This document shows, one piece after another, positions 39,101 to 45,618 of a stretch of DNA of 64,000 bases. The position numbers were made by a program, and so were the translations under genes. Source of the stretch: Octopus vulgaris (taxonomy: Eukaryota); NCBI GenBank assembly GCA_951406725.2, contig OX597833.1:34720001-34784000 (forward strand), given 5' to 3'. The notes beneath the pieces were generated by a model. It was given only the letters and a program-made list of their open reading frames with translations. It made no database searches and was not told the DNA's origin. The stretch's first letter is position 1, and each line of letters starts with the position of its first letter.

Positions 39101-39796
39101 TGATTTGTACAAGACTTTTGGATTAGTTTCTTTGTTATTTATTGGTCTACAGTCGTGTTCTACCCAATGCTTGCTGGAATGCTTTTATATTCATAGCTTG
39201 AAGCTGTAATTCATTTAACTGTTTTAGCAAACGTCCAGTCAGTTTAGTATCAATGAAAATGTATCAAATAGATGTTGTTACCCAAGTACCCTATAATATT
39301 TTTTATGCTTCTGAGACTAATGGCAGAAGAAATTGATGCTCAGGCAGTAGACCTGACACAGCTACTTTCAACTTAGTGAATGCTGCGAAAGGCACACCAA
39401 AGGCTAGGTGGTGGTAAAATAACAGGCACAGCTCTTCCAATGGGCTTTTATATAGTTCCTAATAATTTTCACAGGACTTCATGCACTAATTAAGTGGTTT
39501 CAACCACTTAATTAGTGAATTTCTTATGCATCCACAATTTCCTTGTCATGGAACATAATTATGATTCAAATTGATCTCTTCATCTGATTTGATCTGATCC
39601 TATGAATATCCCTTTACATTCTCAGTTAAAATCTTGCTGGAGTTGAGTTTTCTATTCATTTGTGGCCTTGTACCTAAAGGTGTAAATCATTATTTTCATT
39701 TCAGAAACCACTACTGATTCCCAAGACACTGCTGACTCACAAACTGACAAAAAATCTGAAAAGAAGCCACCACACAGGAATGATGGAGAATTGTAA
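4..39796 (+). CDS. HYOU1: Hypoxia up-regulated protein 1 (GRP170/ORP150, ER Hsp70-family nucleotide exchange factor), 23 coding exons, 969 aa
   Basis: Manual splicing, all introns GT-AG and phases consistent: 4-76, 4965-5026, 5690-5721, 5904-5982, 7440-7594, 8298-8374, 10567-10695, 12897-13001, 14234-14303, 18410-18731, 18820-18902, 19920-20052, 23583-23755, 25363-25504, 27076-27139, 29355-29425, 30587-30700, 32345-32476, 32631-32761, 34167-34377, 35555-35776, 37263-37500, 39705-39796 (sum 2910 nt). Motifs: [84 protein letters not shown]; hydrophobic N-terminal leader; terminal EL. Confidence 0.95.
120..1318 (-). mobile_element. RTE-clade LINE, degraded RT and 3' end
   Basis: Minus-strand peptides [12 protein letters not shown]...[32 protein letters not shown]...DRKAWR, broken by frameshifts. 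Confidence 0.85.
2613..4056 (-). mobile_element. Non-autonomous Helitron
   Basis: On the minus strand starts A|TCTATATATTAATATG and ends GTGAgatttTCACaggtactgCTAG|T: TC...CTAG termini, short subterminal hairpin, A/T insertion site, no TSD. Confidence 0.65.
4965..5026 (+). CDS. HYOU1: HYOU1 exon 2 ([20 protein letters not shown])
   Basis: Hsp70 phosphate-1 motif; polypyrimidine-AG acceptor, AAG|gtatgg donor. Confidence 0.92.
5690..5721 (+). CDS. HYOU1: HYOU1 exon 3 ([10 protein letters not shown])
   Basis: ttgtttcag| ... |gtaagg; conserved GRP170 peptide. Confidence 0.92.
5904..5982 (+). CDS. HYOU1: HYOU1 exon 4 ([26 protein letters not shown])
   Basis: ttacag| ... |gtaaga; in frame. Confidence 0.92.
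6130..6905 (+). mobile_element. Highly degraded RTE-like LINE remnant
   Basis: Purine-rich block with fragmentary peptides (DRIRGRW..EKLLN, EIVKCGG) resembling RTE ORF2. Confidence 0.3.
7440..7594 (+). CDS. HYOU1: HYOU1 exon 5 (...[22 protein letters not shown]...ERGTVIF)
   Basis: ttttgtag| ... |gtaagt; in frame. Confidence 0.92.
8298..8374 (+). CDS. HYOU1: HYOU1 exon 6 ([25 protein letters not shown])
   Basis: tgtatag| ... |gtattt; in frame. Confidence 0.92.
9660..10095 (+). mobile_element. RTE LINE 3' fragment, same family as 120-1318
   Basis: Near-identical to the reverse complement of ~300-660 (gaaagctttggtggttagaggtgttggagtgagagaggcaagagag...). Confidence 0.85.
10567..10695 (+). CDS. 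HYOU1: HYOU1 exon 7 ([19 protein letters not shown]...)
   Basis: Hsp70 TVPxxF motif; ttccag| ... |gtatct. Confidence 0.95.
11124..12676 (-). mobile_element. RTE-clade LINE, 5'-truncated, with (ATG)n tail
   Basis: Peptides [14 protein letters not shown]...[40 protein letters not shown]; 3' UTR with internal minisatellite ending ...TTAAATGATGATGATGA. Confidence 0.9.
12897..13001 (+). CDS. HYOU1: HYOU1 exon 8 ([12 protein letters not shown]...[14 protein letters not shown])
   Basis: Phosphate-2 motif; ttgtag| ... |gtgagt. Confidence 0.95.
14234..14303 (+). CDS. HYOU1: HYOU1 exon 9 ([22 protein letters not shown])
   Basis: ttttccag| ... |gtaagt; in frame. Confidence 0.9.
14857..15310 (+). mobile_element. 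Probable Helitron 5' portion
   Basis: A|TCTCTTATTATAAAAGGCAG start resembles Helitron 5' ends; CpG-containing interior runs into a microsatellite. Confidence 0.4.
15315..15715. repeat. Compound microsatellite (ACAT)n/(AC)n/(ACAG)n/(TG)n/(TA)n
   Basis: Directly visible; source of several spurious ORFs. Confidence 0.95.
15716..16305 (+). mobile_element. Mariner transposase 5' fragment (pseudogenised)
   Basis: HTH region [10 protein letters not shown]...WFQKF...LEDEPHPER; in-frame stop at 16187-16189 followed by the WVPHEL motif. Confidence 0.9.
16325..16961 (+). mobile_element. Non-autonomous Helitron, CpG-rich (young)
   Basis: 3' end CCCGagcaacgcCGGG-cgatactgCTAG|T; 5' ...TATATATATAAAAC; three internal copies of GAGTCTACGATTTAAAAA... 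Confidence 0.8.
17090..17870 (+). mobile_element. Tc1-like transposase remnant
   Basis: Peptides [25 protein letters not shown] and GGSVLIWAA...[11 protein letters not shown]...[10 protein letters not shown], frameshifted. Confidence 0.85.
17950..18128 (+). repeat. RTE-derived 3'-tail repeat followed by (TA)n
   Basis: aaaaagcattca...tggttggcatttggaagggcatccagc...ttaaatgatggtgatgatgatg; matches the tail of 11124-12676. Other copies at ~1419, ~13135, ~23345, ~24128, ~45908, ~48770. Confidence 0.75.
18410..18731 (+). CDS. HYOU1: HYOU1 exon 10 ([10 protein letters not shown]...EYSEITL)
   Basis: Inside ORF 18375-18761; ttttccag| ... |gtaaga. Confidence 0.95.
18820..18902 (+). CDS. HYOU1: HYOU1 exon 11 ([27 protein letters not shown])
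   Basis: Hsp70 adenosine-binding motif; 88-nt preceding intron. Confidence 0.95.
19920..20052 (+). CDS. HYOU1: HYOU1 exon 12 ([22 protein letters not shown]...YPIV)
   Basis: Conserved DEAAALGA motif; tttctag| ... |gtaaga. Confidence 0.95.
20750..21060 (+). mobile_element. Penelope-like retroelement remnant
   Basis: Degenerate peptide RRxKMIWFNP...[19 protein letters not shown] matches the IWFNPPF...HKIFNRNTVKVSY linker of Penelope-like RT/GIY-YIG proteins. Confidence 0.6.
23095..23290 (+). repeat. SINE fragment with Nin-like central domain
   Basis: GAGTTCAAATTCTGCTGAGGTTGACTTCGCCTTTCATCCTTTCAGGATTGATAAATTAAGTACCAG ... (ATT)n tail; a weaker copy at ~43555-43625. Confidence 0.6.
23583..23755 (+). 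CDS. HYOU1: HYOU1 exon 13 (VEFKRQ...[16 protein letters not shown]...)
   Basis: ccttag| ... |gtaagc; in frame. Confidence 0.92.
24128..24715 (-). repeat. Interspersed repeat: RTE-type tail joined to a purine-rich block, repeated at 38270-39105
   Basis: 24330-24715 aligns by eye with 38725-39100 (gatgatggcaaa...catgccc...gattaggtgagg...ggccaggggatgtagtatgtgc...gaggatggaggtaagcatt); partial copy at 25170-25285. Confidence 0.7.
25363..25504 (+). CDS. HYOU1: HYOU1 exon 14 (...[20 protein letters not shown])
   Basis: tttgcag| ... |gtaaaa; in frame. Confidence 0.92.
25764..25978 (+). mobile_element. piggyBac-type MITE
   Basis: TTAA|CCCTTTAGCATT ... AATGCTAAAGGG|TTAA; family copies at ~30752-30958, ~36288-36395, 42570-42791, 43083-43296, 47290-47469, 47517-47705, 47787-48004 (inverted), 54289-54517. 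Confidence 0.85.
27076..27139 (+). CDS. HYOU1: HYOU1 exon 15 ([21 protein letters not shown])
   Basis: tttccag| ... |gtatgt; in frame. Confidence 0.88.
27470..28075 (-). mobile_element. RTE LINE 3' fragment (family of 11124-12676)
   Basis: catcatcgtttaacgtctgttttccatgc... tail, GTGCTTTTTAC minisatellite and last coding segment, colinear with 11124-11725. Confidence 0.85.
29355..29425 (+). CDS. HYOU1: HYOU1 exon 16 ([23 protein letters not shown])
   Basis: ttttag| ... |gtgaga; KLGNT..S.FF motif of GRP170. Confidence 0.88.
30587..30700 (+). CDS. HYOU1: HYOU1 exon 17 (charged insertion, phase 0-0)
   Basis: tttcag| [14 protein letters not shown]...EKPQK |gtatac; low-complexity E/K loop typical of GRP170. 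Confidence 0.8.
31258..31300 (-). ncRNA. Minimal type I hammerhead ribozyme motif (degenerate)
   Basis: TCCAGA-CTGATGA-TGAGcaatgaCTCT-GAAA-CTAG-TT-TCTGGA: helix I 6 bp, CUGAUGA and GAAA core, palindromic helix III; cleavage triplet is GUU. Confidence 0.6.
31463..31505 (+). ncRNA. Minimal type I hammerhead ribozyme motif (degenerate, GAAA to GUAA)
   Basis: TCTAGA-CTGATGA-TGAGcaatgtCTCT-GTAA-CTAG-TC-TCTGGA; GUC triplet intact. Confidence 0.55.
32345..32476 (+). CDS. HYOU1: HYOU1 exon 18 (charged insertion, phase 0-0)
   Basis: tttag| [15 protein letters not shown]...NQTNTTQ |gtatgt. Confidence 0.8.
32631..32761 (+). CDS. HYOU1: HYOU1 exon 19 ([14 protein letters not shown]...ESKN)
   Basis: tttactag| ... 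|gtaagt; in frame. Confidence 0.88.
32888..33070. repeat. Old abundant short interspersed repeat (SINE-like tail family)
   Basis: ttgtttaacccca...caaaagcattccaaccat...gatttagctgct..ttct; related copies at ~9280, ~29860, ~33280, ~36915, ~37680, and in the opposite orientation at ~4210, ~23940, ~26400, ~28560. Confidence 0.55.
34167..34377 (+). CDS. HYOU1: HYOU1 exon 20 ([26 protein letters not shown]...DWLYE...)
   Basis: KNxLESYI and WLYE motifs of large Hsp70s; ttccag| ... |gtaaaa. Confidence 0.95.
35555..35776 (+). CDS. HYOU1: HYOU1 exon 21 ([10 protein letters not shown]...LINETY)
   Basis: Long pyrimidine tract then AAG acceptor; |gtgagt donor. Confidence 0.92.
36400..36823 (+). mobile_element. 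RTE 3'-tail copy with expanded internal minisatellite, abutting a truncated piggyBac MITE
   Basis: Reverse-complement match to the 11124-11540 tail; repeated tgccag...gtaaaaagcac units; ends ttaaatgatgatga. Confidence 0.8.
37263..37500 (+). CDS. HYOU1: HYOU1 exon 22 ([19 protein letters not shown]...[13 protein letters not shown]...)
   Basis: LDREVxYL motif; tttcag| ... |gtaagt. Confidence 0.93.
39705..39796 (+). CDS. HYOU1: HYOU1 terminal coding exon (...[11 protein letters not shown])
   Basis: tttcag acceptor, phase matches exon 22, ends EL-TAA like an ER retrieval signal. Confidence 0.85.
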
Positions 39797-40413
39797 CAAT
39801 AGTCTTCTTTAGCATTACATACTGAAGGATGAATGTGCTTGTTTGTGTGATTGTTTGGTATATAAGTGTGAATGTTTATGTGTACATGTCATTGTGTGAA
39901 CATATAGACATCTAATCTATCTATTCCTGAAAGACAATTTCTGGTTGACTGTTTAGAATCCATGAAACTGGATTCATAATGGTTTTCTGTTGTTTCCCTC
40001 TCCTTTTAAATTAAAACAAAACTGAAGATCTTCTAACTTTCTCTTCAATGTTTGTGTTGTATTTGACTAACTTGTTACTTCATTGTAGCAAAACCTGCTA
40101 CCTCTCCACTTGAAGTCTAAGACAAGTTTTCTGGATAGTCTCATCTTATAGCATTCCTCTATATCCTTAGGGTGGAGAAAGAAAAAAAAACAAAAGAAAA
40201 TTATAATTAGTAATATTTATTATACACACATATATAGTTTACAAACATGTACATTTTCACCGTCACTTCCTGACATCACATTCTTAAGATAATTTTTATT
40301 TTGCATCTAAATATCCTTTCAATGAAGTAGTTTGGACATAATATGTAGAATTTAAAGATAAAGGCTATTTCTTTAATGACTGTCCCTGCACAAATTGTGT
40401 AGGAAATTGTTAA

Positions 40414-40491
40414 AACACTGAACCTCATCTAATGGATCAAATGTTTCTTAGTAACACTGAACCTCATCTAATGGATCAAATGTTTCTTAGT
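40414..40491 (+). repeat. Perfect 39-bp tandem duplication
   Basis: AACACTGAACCTCATCTAATGGATCAAATGTTTCTTAGT x2. Confidence 0.95.
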
Positions 40492-43400
40492 AAAGGGTTG
40501 TCAGTTTTTGTCACCGGTGCTACAGTTTGTTCTTCAAGACACTTATCTCTACTTGGCTTAGTTTCTATAGCTGAAAGTTAACTAAGGTTGGGAGTAGACA
40601 GGACAGTCCATGAGTAATGAAATTGTTCTCTTATTTATACATCTCATCACCAACGTCCATACTTGACTCCTAAGTTGTATTTAACTTACCTTTATAATTG
40701 TTTGTATGTATCAAGAAAACTTGTCTTCTTTTTCTTGTGGACATCACACTAATATCAAATTTTAAATAATTTATTCTTTGGAAATAAATTATTTCTATTT
40801 GAACAAACTAACCAAAATGAAATTTCTGTTTTAGTTAACAATTTTGCAGTTTTCCTTTCCCTTTGATATTTCTTCAAAAGAAGTGTTAAAATTTGAGGTG
40901 ATACTACTTTCCTGGGGTTCTATAATCCAGTATATTTAGATTAGTATGATTATCTGTACAGCAGGACATCATGTGTAGTGCCATTGTAATCAGGACATAT
41001 TTTGACAATTTCCAAATCTGTTAAACTTTTGATAGCAGTTTAGTAAGGACCAAAATTCAGATTAGACTTGTGTCAGCATGTACATTATTTTCTATGGTAG
41101 ACATGCATTTTTATTAATAATTATGAGCTGGTCTGGTGGTGGATAACTATCTCATTACTCATACCAACCACAAATCAGATATTCATCCATTAAACAGGCT
41201 TTTCATTGCTAGCTTTTGGCTTTACATTGTTGACAAATTTTTAAACTGCATAAATTTTCCACTGAATTTTGAGAGTTTGTTCTCTGGATTTGAACATAAC
41301 TGGTAATATGGTTAACTTCTGATGTGTCACTATTAAATTAGGTATTGTGAAGCCAGAAGATTATAAGTGTGGTTGTACATTCAGTATTCTTATTTGATGG
41401 AATAGATGGTCTTCAGCTCCATCTTAAGGCAACCTGCTGCCACTTGAAGTTCTGTATTTTGAACAACTTTCAATTTTTTGTGTGCTGTGTCTGGTCTTAG
41501 TAGATTCTATGTTGGGCTTACATGATTAATTGAGAATTGTTTGCCAAATTGCTATAATTGTTAATTTGTCCTGTTTCCAAATATTAACATCTAACATATC
41601 ATTCTCCTACAGCTACAATGTATGGAGAAAATGAACATTGAGTCAAATATGACTTGTAGTATTTTGGGTTGTTGCCCTAGAGATAGTGTATGGCCAGAAA
41701 CCTGAACTTGGAGGCGATGGTAACTGGGCAGTTTGAGGAGTGAAAAAAGTCAGTTGATTTTGATACTGAGAGTTGTCCTCTACCATCAAAAAACCCATTT
41801 AGCTTAGACAGGTATTGTTCAGCATATAGGCAGCCAAGTCTGGTTCAGGGTTTGAACCAAAAACTAAAATTGTATTTATTGCTCATAAATTTACTGTCAG
41901 AAGTTTGTGTTTTTGGAGATAAAAGTGAAGATATGCAGTTTCCCTAGATAAGTCCCAATCTCATAAGTCTGCCTTTAGATATCAACTATTAGAACTTGGT
42001 TGCATTCAAATACAATTCTTGCTGTCTTATAATATTCTTTGAAATTGTGTTATTTTGAGGATCTTCTAACAAGATACAGATATCAACCATATCAAAAGTT
42101 TTAGTCAAATCTATGCTACAGTCACTTTTGTGAAATGGGGTGGTGAGGTCTTTTTTTTTTATCTCTGGTTAAATTTGACTGTAATGGATATGAAGAGTTG
42201 CAGGTGTTCTGAAATTGTACAGTGTTGAGGCCTTAATCTATGCTGAGTCTCTTTTCCTTTAATATTCAGTATCCTTTCAATTCCACATTACTCAGATCAT
42301 CAACCTCTAACAAGTCAGTCACTATTTATAAATAAGTGATTATTACTAATTCAACCTGAAAACAACTGAACTGAAGAACCGTACCTTATCTTCCCTACAT
42401 AAATCCTCAGGACTTTTCTTAAGGATTATTTTTAATTAGTTGCTCACCACTATTATGTCTTCACTATTTCCAGTTAAAATTTGTCATCATTAATACCTCA
42501 ATGTGTAGTTCATAGGACTATGAAAACCAGACATAATACATTGGTTCATTTTGAAATTCATTATCATGCTTAAGCCTTCAGCATTCACATTACTCTGTCA
42601 AATGTTAGGCTTATTTATTCACATTGTTTTAAATTGATTGTGCATTATCTTATACCTTAGCAATTTTGATGAGGTAACTTAATTTTTTGAAATTGTAGGG
42701 TTGATATGAGAGGCCACATCTGGTCAGTTTTAACATAAAACAGGTATAAAATTTTGGCCAGATATAGCTGATTTAAATGCTAAAGGGTTAAAGACAAATA
42801 GAAATGGAAGGCAAGAAAGGTTTGTTAGATAAGAAATAAAATGTTAAGTTTCTTTGCTTAGTGGCTCTAAAGGCTGAAGCTCAAAGATTCAATTTAGCTC
42901 TTCTAATGTCTTAGCTGGTAGGTAGCATTATCTAATAGTTCATATAATTATCAAGATTATATATTATTCCGGCTTTCTAAGATGAAACCAATGACATATA
43001 GTATATAAGATAATTCCCCCCTTATTTCTGAGTTTGTTTTATGCAAAGTTTTAGTAGCTGCCAACTGCTTTAGTGCTATGCAATCCTTAACATTCAGATT
43101 ACTCTGTCAAATGTAATGCTTATTTATTTACATTGTTTTGAATTAATCTTGCAGAGTTGAGGCCTCTATAATGTGGTTGTATATTTTTAGAATGACATTG
43201 TAGGTTTGGTGTGAGAGGCAAGATCTGGTCACCTTCAACATACAACAAAGGGAATATTTGGGCCAGATATGGTCTGTTTAAATGCTGAAGGGTTAATTTG
43301 TCATGGTTCAAAGTCAATCTTTCCATATTTCATGTTTCTAGATGATTTATCTTCACTAATGTAAATTAAAACTTGCTTGTTGAATTCCTTCAATGATTAG

Positions 43401-45106
43401 CTTAACATGGAGTAATATTTTTGCATCATAAATGACAACAAAAGAGACTTTAAAATATTTTGCTAGACATTTCAAATTGGTAGTGGGATTTGCAGAATAG
43501 GTTAATTAGTGAAAGAAGATGCTTTGGAGTATTTTATTATGTCCCTTGCACACATAGGTTTCAAATCTTGCCAAGGTGAATTTTTAACTTTTACTTTCTG
43601 TGGTTGATAAAAATAAGTAACAGTGGTAACATACTGACATTTGTTATAACACCCTCTACTTAAAAATGATCAACAGCAGTGGCTAAAAAATGGTCAGTAT
43701 TTTCTTTCTATTAGAATAAGAATTGAGTAAGCCTGAAACAGCTTTTTAATATTTTCTAGGAACAATCACTATTTATTTCAATTTTTGTCAGTTTTCATTT
43801 TTAAGTTGCTTTTTTTTTGTCTTTTTATATATATATAGTTTCTAGTAGTAAACTTTCTTTTGAATTCATTATTGAATTCTTTTTATTGTATCATTTTATT
43901 TTTGCTTTTAGAATTGTTTTAATTATTTTTTTAACTTATCAAGCATCATAACTACATTTAATTAACTTTGTTTAATGAAGTAGCCATCTGAAAACAATGC
44001 CTTTCTTCAAAAGAAAGGCTTTGGATTTATAAGGGAATGGAAATGAGATTGCAAAACACTTGTGTGTTATGACAAATGAATTGAAATGATTTCCTATTGG
44101 AAATGGATACAATAGATCAGAATTGGCTCACCAGGAGCTTTCTGCTTAGGATGTTTATATGTAATGTGGTCAACTCACTTTTCATATAACTAAACAATTT
44201 CAATCAACAAGATTGTTGATACATTGTTTTTAGTCTTATTATTTTCCCTCTTTTGATTGTCAGTTTACTGCAGGTAAATTCTCAGTAAACTTGTGCTCTA
44301 AATTGGTTTTGTTTTCTGTTTAAAACTGTTTGTCTTAAAAAGAAGACATTGCCAGTTTCTCTTTGGATGATCTGGGATGTCATATTCTGTTTGTAGACTG
44401 CATTGTCATCTGTAAAAAAAGAAAAAAATTATATGAAGAGCAGTTGGTAAGCTACTGACTGCTCATTTGTGAGTCTCAATTCAGTTGAGACATTGTGTTG
44501 TCTTAGAATAAGACATCTAATCTTTATGTTCCTATGATTTCATGTTTAATATTTAATACATTCTTACATATGTATTATGCTACATACATGTATACTTTCA
44601 TGGGTACTGATCTCAATGGTGCAGTATTGAGTTCTTGGTGAAGATTCACTTCTCAAAGCTCTCAAGAAAATCCTGAATGTTTACATCTAATCTTCTTCTT
44701 ATTACTGATGTAATAAACCATTGTTAATTTGTTTTTTTAATGACTTAACTAAACATGTGCTATGCACAAATCATTATATAGAAACCTTTCTTCAGTTCTA
44801 TATGCATTAACCAAGAGTCTTTTGTTGGTGTAATTTTTTCCTTTGTATTTTTTGTTTGTTTTGTTACCTATTAGAAACCTGTTGGTGAGGCTGTAACCCA
44901 AAGTTGTTGTACTAATTCTGCTCTGATAAACATCAACTAGTATTTTACACACACACACTCATGCAAATATACATGATATTAAATATATTTATAACTTCAC
45001 TAACAGTTTTCAATTTTTCCTCAAGTTGACTTCAATTGGGATGCACTGATTTTTCTTATTTTTATTGTCTTTTTTAAATGTTATTTTTATTTTGTCTTGC
45101 TAAAGT

Positions 45107-45112
45107 AATAAA
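45107..45112 (+). promoter_or_regulatory. Candidate distal polyadenylation signal for HYOU1
   Basis: AATAAA followed by a U-rich tract; another at 44712; weak evidence in AT-rich DNA. Confidence 0.25.
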
Positions 45113-45264
45113 GATCTTCATTTGTTTTTATTTTAAAATTAAATTTTATTTTTAAGAAATGCACAACACACTTTTATTTTACTATAAATAGATTGAAATC
45201 AGAAAGCAACTTGCAGACTAGTTGAAGAAGCTCCCTTCACATGTACATAAATATATGACTGCTT

Positions 45265-45411
45265 TCACTTTCCATCTACCAAGTTCACTCATAAGGCTTT
45301 GATCAGCCTGAGGCTATAGTAGAAGACACTTGCCCTAGGTACCATGCAGTGGGACTGAACCCAGAACCATGTGGCTGGGTAGTAAGGTTCTTACCACTCA
45401 GCCATGCCTGC
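45265..45411 (-). mobile_element. tRNA-derived SINE
   Basis: Minus strand GCAGGCATGGCTGAGTGGTAAG (A box) ... GGGTTCAGTCCC (B box) ... GGGCAAGTGTCTTCTAC; copies at ~46190-46330, ~46810-46955, ~49390-49530 (-) and ~20255, ~27270 (+). Confidence 0.8.
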
Positions 45412-45439
45412 ACGCACACACACACACACATATAAAATG

Positions 45440-45618
45440 ATTTCTTTATTTGTGAATTAAGTCTACCATTGGTTTCATGTTAAGAAAAATAGGCAAATAT
45501 CTTAATATCTCAACAATTTTTCAAGCTGATCACATGGAGAAACGTTAAGATATTAAAATAATTCCCTATCTTTCTTAGCATGAAACCAATGGTAGCTTTA
45601 ATTCACAAATTAAGAAAT
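45440..45618. repeat. Fold-back element (MITE-like inverted repeat)
   Basis: ATTTCTTTATTTGTGAATTAAGTCTACCATTGGTTTCATGTTAAGAAA pairs with TTTCTTAGCATGAAACCAATGGTAGCTTTAATTCACAAATTAAGAAAT. Confidence 0.8.
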
